DNA of 64,000 bases from Eledone cirrhosa (GCA_964016885.1 OZ024741.1:269328001-269392000), one strand, 5' to 3'. Counted from the stretch's first letter, positions 14,204 through 27,523 are shown. Made by a program: numbers and translations. The notes: generated by a model not told the origin, from the letters alone.

Positions 14204-14698
14204 TCGTTGAGATGTTGCATATTGAAGGGACGGTAGCCCCACACAGTGATACCTTCCATTTCAAATGGTATGCGGTGGAATGGTAGTATCGGTAGAGCGT
14301 CGGACAACCTGTTTTGCAGCATAGAGTTATGGCCCTTTATATTATGAGTTCAAATGCCGTCGTATGTATGTATACATATATGCTTTCCTGTGGAAAGCAC
14401 AACTCTCTTCTGTCACCTGTCGTAAACCATCCAGGTGTACAGCTAGCCTAGAAAGTCATCTACCAAGTCATGGACGCAGGTGGGATGATAACGAAGAATC
14501 AATAAGAGACGGCAATCGTCTGTGAAGACGCTGCAATCCCCATATACATATATATATAGAAAGAGTGAAGAATAACATGGTCAACAGTACAAAAAAGGTG
14601 TTTATTTACAGTCTAACAATTGTTTCACTGATTAAGTTGTCATAATACGAAGTATTCACAACCTATAACTGGATTACCTATAACGATATTTTGTTATC

Positions 14699-14771
<73 letters not shown>

Positions 14772-14777
<6 letters not shown>

Positions 14778-15317
14778 CGAAACAGCGAGTTGATTTGAAA
14801 TTATTAGAAATGTTAGCTATCGCCGTATTTTGACTAAAGCAATTAAAGAAATTATTTAGCCTGATAGTGGGGTTAAGAACCCTCGGAGAAATGGAAAAAG
14901 ATGAGCATTGACGTACATCGACTCCCATGTACGTCAATACTCATCTTTTTCCATTTCTCCGAGGGTTCTTAACCCCACTATCAGGCTAAATAATTTCTTT
15001 AATTGCTTTAGTCAAAATACGGCGATAGCTAACATTTCTAATAATTTCAAATCAACTCGCTGTTTCGAAAATATTCTTACTTGACATTACAGTTGCTAAG
15101 TTTATAGCTTCTAATTTGAATGGAAAAAGACGGGTGATGTGTTGGTGTAAATGGTAGCACAGTGGTCCGGATAAAGAAAGATGTGGGTTCGACTCCCATG
15201 TACGTCAATACTCATCTTTTTTCCATTTCTCCGAGGGTTCTTAACCCCACTATCAAGCTAAATAATTTCTTTAATTGCTTTAGTCAAAATACGGCGATAG
15301 CTAACATTTCTAATAAT
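14772..15317 (+). mobile_element. TA-flanked inverted + tandem insertion (271-nt unit) carrying a tRNA-like structure
   Basis: 14772-14916 is the reverse complement of 14928-15073; 14918 onward repeats at 15189 onward; (TA)n on both sides. Confidence 0.8.
15136..15207 (+). ncRNA. tRNA mimic: acceptor, D and T arms present, no proper anticodon arm
   Basis: Acceptor GATGTGT/GTACGTC-A (several G-U pairs); D arm GTGT-AAATGGTA-GCAC; T arm GTGGG-TTCGACT-CCCAT; T-run follows. Confidence 0.7.
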
Positions 15318-15481
15318 ATATATATATATATGTATATACACACGGGTGTGTATGATTGTGTATAGAAAATTATATTAATAAAAGGAATTGTCTGATTTAC
15401 TCGTTTTATTTACAATCCTTTAAAATGATAATGATATTATAATGAAATAGTATGGTAGAATATTAAATGCTAAGTGTTAAT

Positions 15482-15520
15482 TGAACAAGTACTTTCATGC
15501 TTTCGTAATCTTCAGGTTCA
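15482..15520 (-). ncRNA. Minimal type I hammerhead ribozyme
   Basis: TGAAC-CTGAAGA-ttacgaaagcat-GAAA-GTAC-TT/GTTCA; palindromic loop 3; weak stem II. Confidence 0.7.
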
Positions 15521-15574
15521 TATTCAGTGGTGACAGTCAAGTTTGCAATTTTCAACTGTCTTTTAACTTTTCAG

Positions 15575-18500
15575 CACCAACATGGCCGATATAAGAGTTG
15601 GATGTGTGAATGTACGAGGTCTGGGGTTGCCCTGGAAACAGGGCAAACTCTTAAACCACCCCAGGTCACACAGTATGGTTGTAGTAGCCATTTGCGACAG
15701 CTGGCCCCCATCTTCGACGACTTTGAGATCTACGCACCTCTCTGTCAGCCGGGAGGTGGAGGCGGGGTTGCCGTTTTGCTGCGGTAACCCCTGGACCTCG
15801 TAACACAGACGGTACATCTGGACCCGGAGGGTCGACTGGTGGTCCTAGACGTTGACGGTAGTGAAGGTGGAGCCTTCAGGCTGGTGGCCGCATATGCCCC
15901 ATCCGGGACACCGCGGCCAGACTTCTTCAAACATCTAGAGACTTTTCTGGGAACGTCCCGCTCCTTGCTTTTAGTGAAGGACTGGAATGGAATCCTAGAT
16001 GCACGTTGGGACTATGTGGGAGCATGTCCCGATAAAGGGGTGTGTAGCAGCCTCAAACAGTTAATCGGCCGATTTGACCTGGCCGATAGATATCGACTAG
16101 ATTTTCCGACTGTGCCACTGTGGACGTGGACTAATCGTAGCGGAACATCTAGATCGTACCTAGATAGGGTTCCAGTTAGAAATAAAGATAGAGACATGTT
16201 AAGCTGTCCACAAATGTTCATGGTTGCCTATTCAGATCACAAACTAGTGTCCTGCATGGTCAACCTTGATAGAACCCATAGACAAGGACCCGGCTACTGG
16301 AAGCTGAACTTGTCGTTACCGACATGCAAAGCCTACAGTAGTCGGATTAGCACTTTAGTTAAACAGCACTTGACAGGGGCAATTGTCAACAACAGATGGT
16401 GGTATTCTCTCAAGAGGGCAGTTAGATTAGACTCGTTAGTTTTTACTAAAGAATTAGCGTTAGATAGAAATAGGACCAAGAAGGAACTGGTGGATAAAGT
16501 AGAAGAAGCAATTAGAAGTGGCAACGTAGCCAGCGTGCTAGCAACGAGAACGGCCTTGGACCAGCTCTTCGACGCAAAGCACGAGGGCTGCGTTGTCAGA
16601 AGAAAAATACGTGCTCTGGGTAACGAGGAAGCCAAAGCTGTTAGCTGGGCCCGGGTGACGGAGGCGAAAAGTGGCAACAAGTCGTGAGCCGAAGCAGATG
16701 TGCGCAGCCTTTCAGCGGCACTTTGCTCAGCTGTTCGGGCAGGGCGGTGCGCCGGGAGAGGCTATGGATTTCGGTCCATACCTCCACGGCCTGCCGCGAC
16801 TCTCGGACAGCGAGGCGAAGGCCGATTTCAGCCGCTGAGATAGGGGACGCGCTGAACCAATGCACCAAATGCAAATCTCCAGGTCTCGGCGGTCTACCCT
16901 ACGAATTTTACGTAGCAATGCCGGACTTGTTCTCTGTTCTCCTGGAAGCGGGCTACTGCAACTGGCAACAGAACGGGAGAATTCCCAGTTCTGTGACCAG
17001 TTCTGTCACGCTAGTCAGAAAGGACGAGAATAAGGGGGGTGACATAGGCAACTTCCGGCCCATAACTCTGCTAAACACAGAGTTACAGATTTTGGCCAAG
17101 GTGTTGGCAAAGAGGCTGGCGCTTGTCGTCAAAAACCTGGTGGGAGAAGCGCAGACATGCGCAATCCCGACCAGGTCCATACACGACAACCTCCACCACC
17201 TCATGCGATACATCGTAGACAGGGTTGGGTGTAAACCCAGATTCGGTGGGGCCCTGATCAACTTGGATCAGTATAATGTTTTCGATAGGGTTGACCATCA
17301 TTACCTGGATGCGGTGCTCGAGGCGGCAGGCTTCGGACCCGTGTTCAGGGGCTGGATTGCTGCAATGCACAGAAGCAACATCTGCTCAAGGGTCAAGGTG
17401 AACAGCTACCTCTCGGAGCCGTTCCATATCACGCGATCCATTCGACAGGTATGCCCTCACTACTCCCTTCTGTACGTACTGACTCTCCAGCCACTACTGC
17501 GGAAGTTGGAGCTATTGCAGGGCATCTCTCTGGAACCGGGACTGCGGAAAGCGGCGTCGGCCTACGCCAACGACGTGACAGTAATGATGTCGAGCACTTC
17601 GCAAATCGAGGAAGTCGGAACCTTACTGAAGGAATACGAAAGGTTTTACAGGAGCTAAGCTGAACCGGGACAAGTCCATCGGTTTGCAACTCGGATCGTG
17701 GAGAGGCAAACCGATGGTGTCGTCGGACGCTGGACGGAAGGACCGGTAAAGCTGCTCGGGGTCTGGTTTGCTCCGGACCTCCAGGTGGAGAAGAACTGGA
17801 ACGAGGTGACGGTCAAAGTGTTTGGACTCACCCACAAATGTGCCGAGTGCAAACTATCCTTGAAAGGTCGAGCGGAGGTGGCGAACACTTTTCTAGCGTC
17901 CGTCATCTACTACCGCTTGACCATCGTGCCTTGTCCAGCCAAAACGCTCATCAAAATGGAGCGCGCGCTCTTCCAATTCCTTTGGAAGAAGCGGGCTCCT
18001 TTGGTGAGAAGATCCATCTGCTGCCAACACCCTTCCAACGGAGGGCTGGAGATGCCGTGGCTGACGATACGCAAACACGCGTTCAGGCTGCGGCATCTCT
18101 ACATATTCCTCACCGGACAACCAGTGTGGGCCCCGTTCGTGAGGCGAGCCTTCCCACGACTCGTCTCGCTGACCGAGCTGCAGTCCTGGGTCAAGCAAAG
18201 ACCGAGGAAAATGGGCGACTGGCACATCGAATGTGCTCAGGCGTTCACAGCCCTCTGGCAGGCGGACCCGGAGATCAGTGGAGACGCCACTTCGTCTTCT
18301 ATAGAGGGTTGATCCGCAGCAAGTGCGAGACGCGCTCGGAGAAACTCTAGGCGTAGAGGAAGACGAACTGGCCAGTCTGTTTGGTAGGACCTTCCGCCCG
18401 GGACCGATGGACAACTTCCAAAAGTCACTGGCCTGGTAGTGCTACCGAGGAGCTCTACCAGTTCGAGACAAGCTCTACAGACATGGGCGCCCGGGAAGGG

Positions 18501-19187
18501 ACCCTTCGAAAACGATCTGTCCGAGATGCGTGCGAGACGAAGAAACCGTCGCACACACATTCATACACTGCCCGGCGTTACCGACCTGAGGGGCTATGTA
18601 GAACGACTATTGTCGCGGGTGGGACCAATCCGGTTGACTACCGAGTCCATTGTCATGATCAAACCGCCACCCTACTTCAAAAACGAAGGAGAGGCGGTTT
18701 TCCTTTGTGTGATAGCTATGGCGAAAGAGGTTGTATGGTGGATGAGGTTAAAAGGGCTGAGGTCAGACACCTTTCTCTCCGGCCAACAACTGATTCTTTT
18801 TTCAAATACCACTTTGGAAGAAGAATCAGGATGGAGAGAGAGGTGCTGTACCCCAGCAAGTTTTATGAAAGGTGGGTGAAAGTGGAGAGAATGGCCCGAG
18901 TGAATGGGCCTTCTCTCTATATCAGCCTGTAGGTTGAGGAAAAAGAGGAAGAGAGGAAAGGGGTACAAACTTTTCGTTCTCCTGGAGATGAGGGTTGCAC
19001 ATTTTTTCGGGGGTATGTGTTACCCATATGAAATGTCTCCCCCTATTGGGGAAAATCGATTAATTTTTAAATTGCATTTGTGATAGTATTTTACACGTTT
19101 TTATTGTGTGTAAACTTCCCCTTTGTATTTTTCCCCTTCTTTTTGTGTCCCTGTGGCTAATAAAGAAACATATCTATCTATCTATCT
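15575..19187 (+). mobile_element. Tx1/L1-clade LINE: degraded ORF2 (APE endonuclease + RT) and 3' UTR
   Basis: NVRGL, AYAP, DWN, SYLDR, SDH, GYWKLN, KSPGLGGLPYEFY, FRPITLLN, FDRVDH, SAYANDV; many frameshifts; ends AATAAAGAAAC(ATCT)n. Confidence 0.95.
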
Positions 19188-22100
19188 CCGGATGGCATAG
19201 ACGTTCTTCACATCGGCTCCACGAGTATTGGATATATTCCGTGTAAACAGTAAGTGTTTGTCTGTATTCTTGCGTTATTGTGTTAATTAACCCCCTTGCC
19301 TGGGTCTTCGGACATTAGGGTTAATTTATTTCACCCCTCTTGGGGTGAAATTTTTCATCCTAAAAATCTTGTGATTGTCTCTACGCTAGTGGTAATGGAA
19401 GCCATTACCACAGGTAACGATGACACGCCAACTAAACTGAAGGAGAGCGGGTAGCGGAAGCAACAAGCCACCCCACTGAAAGAATAATGATTATTGGAAA
19501 CATTGGAAAAAATGGAGCCTAACCCTAATGAAAAAAATGTGTAAAAAATTGACATTAATGGATGCCGTTTCGACTTTTAACGGTGCCACGCCCACCAGCA
19601 AAGGTGAAAGAGAAGTAGTAGCTGTGACTACAAGTCTCTCGGATACTGAAAATATAAGTGAACATTTTGAAAAAATGGAGTCTAACCCCAACGGGGAAAA
19701 AAATGTGAACGCATACACCAACATAAATAACACAAACACAACAAAAAATGAAAATTGTAACAACAAAAACCAAGAAAACAACCACATTTCGACAAATGTA
19801 AACAAAGAGGGGCGAACAAAATGACGTTCGCTCAAACTACCAAAAAACCCATTGTGTATGAATCTATTGACATTTCGAACATGGCCCAGCAAATGGAAAA
19901 TGCACGGAAGTATATAACTTTGGAGGAGAATGGTCTATTTTCTTTAAATTCTCCCCCAGAGCTAAAAAAGAAAAATAGCTTAAAAACTATTATTTATAGA
20001 ACAATATCAAACAAAACCCGTAAGCCAGTACAACTCACACAGACAGAGATTGAACTGGCTTTAAAAGATCATCTGAAAAACATTGTATTCATTCGGAAGG
20101 ATAGACTCTACGGTAGTCTATCCTTCCGAATGAAAGATAAATTGACGGCCGAAAAACATTCTCTGGCCCAATTGTGTCGCCCTTATTTACCTTCTTCCCC
20201 ACTTATTTGGGAAGAAGAACGCAAAGATTGACCATACACAGTATCGATCCAGATATTGATTTCTGGGCGGTACTGTGTGGCCTCTTCAACTTGAAAGAGG
20301 ATGCAGTAATTTCGGTAGGTAAGTCCTCCAGCAACGTGTTCGGTGGAACTAGCCTGCAAGTTCTGGTGCAAATGCAGCCAGAACGAATTGCTGGGATCCC
20401 CGACCGCATATTGCTGGATGGGCTTGCCTACTTACACATCACAATGGAGGGTAGACGACCCGCTTGTTACATCTGTGGTGGCAGAGATCACCTGACGGCT
20501 GCCTGTTCCCAAGCAAAGAAAAAAAAACACCGATTTTGCCCACACCAACAACTACAACACTACCAACACAACCTCCACCACCACCACCACAAAAACAACT
20601 AACACCACAAGTTAAAACACAACTGAAAACAATCCCACCCATCCCCCCACACAGAAAACAAATACAATAACACCCATACCACAAACACGAGCCGAAAATG
20701 TACCACTCCCCTCGAATACGGAAGACGATCCCCTTTCGTCGTCAGACGAGGGGGGGGGGGACACTTTCATAAAGTTAAAAGAAAAAAAAGAAAACACACC
20801 ACAGGAACACAAATACAAACAACCCCTCCCCAATACATAACACAGACATCAACACAAAAACACAAAACAGCAAACAAAAAACATCACAAACAAAGAAAAA
20901 TATGCATATACTTACATAAACACAATAAACAAAAAACTGTTAAACGTTATTTATAATAACAACTTAATAAAAACCGAAGGTTCGAATTTCGCACAAGCAA
21001 CGGGGTTCCCCATTTAAAAATGATAAAAGCCCCAATGGACATTTACAAAACGTTAAAAGACACTTTTAAAGAGGACGTGGGGCTCCCCTGCGTCAGACCC
21101 ATTAACCGTGTCCTCCTAAAAAATGTTCCCCCCCAGACACCCACACAACTCCACCCCCCCCAACCCCACTACACACTGATGCCCCTACACTTCCACCACC
21201 CCCACCCAACAACCCATCCCCCATCCCCATGGAAATTGTGCGACCCGGTCCCCGGGACGCAGAGAGGTAAGTGACGTTTCTGTTTACCATCAACATGGCT
21301 GTTTTGAGAGTAGGTTGTCTAAATGCGCGTGGCCTGGGCTCACCTTGGAAGCAAGCAATGCTTCTAAATGACCTCAGGTCACGATGTATAAATGTGATGG
21401 TTATTTGCGAATCCCGGATCAGCAGCATGCGACAGCTGGCCCCCACCTTTGATGACTTTGAGATGCACGCATCTCTCTGTCAGCCCGGAGGTGGGGGTGG
21501 GGTTGTCGTTTTGCTGCAAACACATCTGGGTCTCGCTACACAGACGGTACACTTGGACCCGGAGGGTCGACTAGTGGTTCTGGACCGGGGCAGTGGCGAA
21601 GGCGGAGCTTTTAGGCTGGTCGCCGTATACGGCCCTTTTGGGTCAACGCAGCCGGACTTCTTCCATCGTCTGGAGACTTTTCTAGGGACGTCCCGCTCCT
21701 TGCTTTTAGTGGGGGACTGGAATGGTATCCTAGATGCACGTTGGGACTATGTAGGGGCATGTCCTAATAGAGGGGGTTTTAACAGCCTCAAGGGATTAAT
21801 CGGCCGATACAACCTGGCCGATAGATATCGACTAGATTTTCCGACTGTGCCAACCTGGACTTGGACAAACCATGGCGGTCAATCTAGATCGTACCTAGAT
21901 AGGTTCTTAGTTAGAAATAAGGATAGGGACTTTTTAAGTTGTCCAGAAATGCTCATGGTTGGCTATTCAGACCACAAGTTAGTGACCTCCATGGTCAACC
22001 TTTATAGAACGCATAGACAGGGACCCGGGTACTGGAAGCTCAACTTGTCCTTACCGGCAAGTAAGGCTTACAGGGACCGGATTAGTAGTTTAGTTAAGGA

Positions 22101-24021
22101 GCGGTTGACGGGCGCCATCATCAACAGCAGGTGGTAGGGCTCTCTCAAAAGAGAGATTAGAGTAGCTTCAATAGGAGTTAGTAAGGAGTTAGCCTCAGAT
22201 AGAAATAGGAAGGAAAAGGAATTGGTAGATAGTGTAGAAGAGGCAATTAGAAGCGGCGACGTAGCCAGAGTACTAGCGTCGAGAACGGCCTTAGGCCAGT
22301 TCTTCGATGCGAAACACGAAGGCTGCGTTGTCCGAAGCAAAATACGTGCTCTGGGAAACGAGGGGACCAAAGCTTTAGCTGGGCCCGCGTGACAGAAGCT
22401 AAAAGTGGGATTAGATCCACTATCCGGTCTTTGCGAGACCAGGATGGACGGGTGATCCTTGAACCTAAGCAGAAGTGCGAGGCCTTTCAAAGGCACTTTG
22501 CCCGATTGTTCGGAAGGGGCGAGGGGCCGGATGGGGATGTGGACCTCGGTCCATACCTCGACGGCCTGCCGTGTCTTTCGGACGAGGAGGCGAAGTCCTG
22601 CGAGAGGCCGATCTCAGCTGCTGAAATAGGGGACGTGCTGAGCCAATGCGGCAGACGCAAATCTCCGGGCCTCGATGGTCTTCCATACGAAATGTATTTA
22701 AGTATGCCGGACTTGTTCTTCGAACTCTTCGAGGCGGTCTACTGCAACTGGCAACAGAACGAGAGAATTCCCTGTTCTGTGACCAAGGGCGTAGTCTCGC
22801 TAGTGAGGAAGGACGAGAACAAGGAGGATGAAATAAATAATTTTAGGCCCATAACTCTGCTAAATGAAGAGTTAAAGATTTTGGCCAAGGTGTTAGCAAA
22901 GAGGTTGGCGCTTGTCGTTGGCAACCTGGTGGGACATGCGCAGACATGCGCCATCCCATCCAGGTCCATTCACGATAACCTCGATCTCATGCGATACATC
23001 ATAGAGAGGGTTGGGAACGAACCCGGCTTTGGTGGGGCCCTGATCAATTTGGATCAATCTAAGGCGTTCGATAGGGTCGACCATCGTTACCTGGATGCGG
23101 TGCTAGTGGCGGCAGGTTTCGGACCCGTTTTCAGGGGCTGGATCACTGCCATGCACAGCAGCCGTATCTGCTCTAGGGTCAAGGTGAACGGCTACCTCTC
23201 GGAGCCGTTCGTAATCACGCGGTCCATCCGACAGGGATGCCCTCTCTCCTCCCTTCTGTTTGTATTGGCCCTAGAGCCACTGCTGCGGAAGTTGGAGTTG
23301 TTACATGGAATCCCTTTGGAACCGGGATTGCGGAAAGCGGTGTCGGCCTACGCCGATGACGTGACAGTAATGGTGTCAACCGCCTCGGAAATCGGGGTGA
23401 TCGGCACCTTACTGGAGGAATACGAAAAGTTTACAGGAGCTAAGCTGAACCGGGACAAGTCAGTCGGTTTGCAACTCGGCGACTGGAGGGACAAACCGAT
23501 GGCCTCCAACGGCGTTGTCGGACGTTGGACAGAGGGATCGGTGAAGTTGCTTGGTGTCTGGTTCGGGCCAGACCTCCAGGTGGAGAAGAACTGGGGTGAG
23601 GTATCGAACAGGGTGTTTGCGCTGACGCAGAAGTGGGCTGAGTGCAAACTATCCCTGAAAGTTAGGGCGGAGTGGCGAACGCTTATATAGCGTCCGTCAT
23701 CTATTACCGCCTGACCGCCGTGCCTTGACCAAGGGAAACGCTCACCAAAATGGAGCGCGCACTCTCCCAATTCCTTTGGAAGAAGCGGGCTCCTTTGGTG
23801 AGGAGATCCATCTGCTGTCAACACCCTTCGAAAGGAGGGCTGGGGATGCCGTAGCTGCTGATGCGTAAACACGCATTAAGGCTACGGCAACTCCAGGTAT
23901 TGAGGACTGTATTGTTAATTTTATATTTGTTATTTGTTTTTTTACTCGTTCCTTTATGTAACCCCCCCCCCCTGTATTTGTCCCCTTCTTTGTGCCCTCG
24001 TGGCAAATAAATAGAAACTTA

Positions 24022-24024
<3 letters not shown>
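19188..24024 (+). mobile_element. Tx1/L1-clade LINE, near full length: ORF1 with CCHC knuckle, ORF2 APE-RT, internal 3' deletion
   Basis: ORF1 CYICGGRDHLTAAC; ORF2 from ATG 21295 with GDWN, SDH, KAFDRVDH, RQGCPLS, YADD; jumps to the 3' UTR at about 23901; ends GCAAATAAATAGAAACTTATCT(AT)n. Confidence 0.95.
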
Positions 24025-24081
<57 letters not shown>

Positions 24082-24346
24082 CGCTCTTTTGGCAAATCTG
24101 GACAACCAGAAATAATGATTGATTGTTACTTCCCAATTACCATATACTGTCTAATTACTTGTATTATATATATATTTATATGTTTTAACAGTTTCGCTAT
24201 TCTACAGTAATCCCCTTAGTCCTCTGCTCTCAGCCAATGATGAGATTTTATCTTTGTCCACTTCTCTTTTCTTCAATCATTGCAGGTATTGGCTATGTAG
24301 GGGATTTTTTTCCCAATGTCGTCTTAACATGTTAGATCTCCAATTT

Positions 24347-25267
24347 TACTTTGGGAGGGTCATGTTGCCAATAAGAAACACACGCACCAGTTGCTTTCAC
24401 TTCAATTTCTTATAATAAATTTATAAATTTAGGAATTTATAAATTTCCGGTTAGTTGGTTGGTTCCACAACCAGATGATTGTTTATATATTGTCAAAGTT
24501 CTTTCGTCACACATTCTGTGACCTCTTTTCTTTGTTTTTGTGCCTCTCCTTTATTCTGTCCTACACCATCTTGTTTTTGTGTGTGTGTTGTGTGCTTAGT
24601 TTGCGCATGTGTTACATCCTTCAAGATAGTAAAGAATCATCTGTACTCTACCAACATGCTAAAATAGAACATAAGGGTAAATTAGAGAACATAGAAATAA
24701 AAATAGAATCTACACACAGAAAAGACGCAATGTTTAGACAACTCACAGAGGCAATAAACATAAACGAACTCCAACCAAAATTAAATAGAAAACATGAGTG
24801 GAACAGCAACATCACAACTTACAATTAAGGAGAAAATTAAAACACACACGCACATAGAACAAACAACCAACCAGTAACATGTAAATAAACAAATAAATAA
24901 ACGAATATAAACACACACAGACACATGCGCAAACTAAGCACCCAACACACAGACAAAAACAAGATGGCGTAGGACAGAACAAAGGAGAGGCACAAAAACA
25001 AAGAAAAGAATCCCCAGTCACTGAAGAGGTCACAGAATGTGTGACGAAAGAACTTTGACAATATATAAACAATCATCTGGTTGTGGAACCAACCAACCAA
25101 CCAGAAATTTATAAATTCCTAAATTTATAAATTTATTATAATAAATTGAAGTGAAAGCAACTGGTGCGTGTGTTTCTTATTGGCAACATGACCCTCCCAA
25201 AGTATAACAATATCGGTTTCAACACACGTTTTCAGATAAAGAATCTTGCTAAACAAATTCAGAAACG

Positions 25268-25270
<3 letters not shown>
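24347..25270. mobile_element. Family B PLE: head-to-head inverted, 5'-truncated insertion
   Basis: Left arm 24347-24619 (minus); right arm 24618-25270 (plus) = GIY-YIG end, 3' UTR, HHR and tail, then (TA)n. Confidence 0.92.
25017..25059 (+). ncRNA. Minimal hammerhead ribozyme of family B PLE
   Basis: GTCA-CTGAAGA-G-GTCACA gaatg TGTGAC-GAAA-GAAC-TT/TGAC; second copy on minus at 27670-27712. Confidence 0.8.
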
Positions 25271-25318
<48 letters not shown>

Positions 25319-25532
25319 AATATATATGTAAATATATATGTGCATGAGTGTGTGTGTGTGCGGGAGAGAGTGTGTGTGCGTATTTTCAATTTATTTTAGT
25401 AAAACTATGTTTGTGTAGTTATCTCCACCCCAATTTTTGCCGTCTTTCCAGTTGAATCTCTTCACTACTTTAAACTTTCAACCAAGCTATCTAAATATAT
25501 TTAAATATTTCCAATAATTGTATTGTATAAAA

Positions 25533-26367
25533 TTCCTTAGTCTCCCCCATAACCCCTCTTGCGAGCCACATCTCTCCCTTCTAATGGTTTCCTTCACCTA
25601 CAATGTTTCCCTCATTTCCTTAGTCTCCCCTCATCACTCTTCTTGCGAGCCACATCTCTCCCTTCTAAATGTTTCCTTCACCTTCAATGTTTCCCTCATT
25701 TCTTTAGTCTCCCCTCATCACTCCTCTTGCGACCCATACATCTCCCTTCTAAATGTTTCCTTCACCTTCAATATTTCCCTCATTTCCTTAGCCTCCCCCC
25801 ATCACCCCTCTTGCGAGCTATACCTCTCCCTTCTAAATGTTTCCTTCACCTTCAATGTTTCCCTCATTTCCTTAGTCTCCCCTCATCACTCTTCTTGCGA
25901 GCCATACATCTCCCTTCCAAATGTTTCCTTCACCTTCAATATTTCCCTCATTTCCTTAGCCTCCCCCCATCACCCCTCTTGCGAGCCATACCTCTCCCTT
26001 CTAAATGTTTCCTTCACCTTCAATGTTTCCCTCATTTCCTTAATCTCCCCCATCACCTCTCTTGCGAGCCACATCTCTCCCTTCTAAATGTTTCCTTCAC
26101 CTTCAATGTTTCCCTCATTTCCTTAATCTCCCCCATCACCTCTCTTGCGAGCCATATCTCTCCCTTCTAAATCTTTCCTTCACCTTCAATGTTTCCCTCA
26201 TTTCCTTAATCTCCCCCCACCACCTCTCTTGCGAGCCACATCTCTCCCTTCTAAATGTTTCCTTCACCTTCAATGTTTCCCTCATTTCCTTAATCTCCCC
26301 CCATCACCTCTCTTGCGAGCCATACATCTCCGTCTAAATGTTTCCTTCAATGTTTCCCTCATTTCCA
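25533..26367. repeat. 84-bp pyrimidine-rich tandem repeat, about 10 copies
   Basis: TCTTGCGAGCC recurs every 83-84 bp. Confidence 0.95.
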
Positions 26368-26371
26368 TTGT

Positions 26372-26558
26372 ATAGATAGAGCGCCGGACATCATGCTTTG
26401 CGGCTTAGGGTTTCGCCCCTTTATGCTCTGATTTCAAACCCACCGAGGTTAACTTTGTCTTCCATCCTTACGGGGTCGATAAAATGAAATACCAGATTTA
26501 ATCGACTTTCCAACGCCTCACAAATTATTGACTTTTATTCTTAAATTAAAAATTATTA
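26372..26558 (+). mobile_element. tRNA-derived SINE (diverged)
   Basis: Family core CCTTACGGGGTCGATAAAAT. Confidence 0.8.
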
Positions 26559-27012
26559 TTACTATACGCGAACAATATGTTTTTTAATATATATATATAA
26601 TTAATTTGCTGTCCTTAAGTTAAAAATATAATCTTTCTTTCATTTTATAAAACATTGAGTTTATAACAATTAATTTTCTGTTCTCTGTATGGATTATTTT
26701 ACAATTTAATTTCAAATATATTTATCGATATAAGACAGGCATACACTACCAAATAGCCAGCTTCACTTCCTATGATGATTTCTAGAGTAGCTAAGTGTCC
26801 TCATTAAGGAAAGTATAATTTTGAAGAGTTGCCGATGCCGATGTTTTATAGCCGAATTCAGAAATCTATTAATACCAAACCGGTTGTTAAAATTATATCA
26901 GCGCAGTATACTGGATATTAAAATGTTGCTAGTTAACCATAAAATACGGATATTTGTAGATCTTTGTGATTATAGATTGTGAAGCTCTGAACTCAAATAT
27001 AAGGTTTCTTAC

Positions 27013-27143
27013 TGAAAATGTGGAGAAGTTTTGCCTTGGATCTTCATCAAAAGCAAGAGATCTCATGATATTAGATTCATATAATGATGTGAGGTCCAAG
27101 TACGTTTTTAAGATCTTCGGTTGGAACATGTATATTATATTGC
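27013..27143 (-). pseudogene. Exon-like remnant of an unidentified gene (paralog of 50816-50950)
   Basis: NIIYMFQPKILKTYLDLTSLYESNIMRSLAFDEDPRQNFSTFS then GTAAGA donor; several differences from the paralog are synonymous. Confidence 0.5.
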
Positions 27144-27161
27144 AGCACACACACACACACA

Positions 27162-27250
<89 letters not shown>

Positions 27251-27293
27251 CAAAATATTAATAAATGAGAAATATTATCATAACCAAAGTATA

Positions 27294-27356
27294 TATTTTA
27301 TTATACATATTTCAAAGGTACAATGGTGTTTCAGTACGCTTTCATCAGATAAAATA
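27294..27356 (-). ncRNA. Minimal hammerhead ribozyme in a TA-flanked fragment (27245-27490), family A-related
   Basis: TATTTTAT-CTGATGA-AAGCGTAC..GTACCTTT-GAAA-TATGTA-TA/ATAAAATA (8-bp stem I). Confidence 0.8.
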
Positions 27357-27490
27357 TGTAAGAGATTGGTTATACGACATACCCCTAAAGTCTTGAACCT
27401 TCAATCCCTGCAGTGGTATTAATTCCCCAACACTCAACATTTATATACCACAAATAATAAGATTATCAACGAACTATAAAATCTTTCGGT

Positions 27491-27521
<31 letters not shown>

Positions 27522-27523
27522 TT

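Noticed and set aside
14855-14900. Hammerhead in the 271-nt unit (CTGATAG..GGGTT/AACCC..GAAA)
   Set aside because: Core is not CUGANGA, and stems I and III cannot be closed.
15136-15207. Functional tRNA gene
   Set aside because: No canonical anticodon stem-loop; kept only as a tRNA mimic.
25518-26375. 28-aa repeat protein
   Set aside because: Product of an 84-bp pyrimidine-rich satellite; 83-bp units break the frame.
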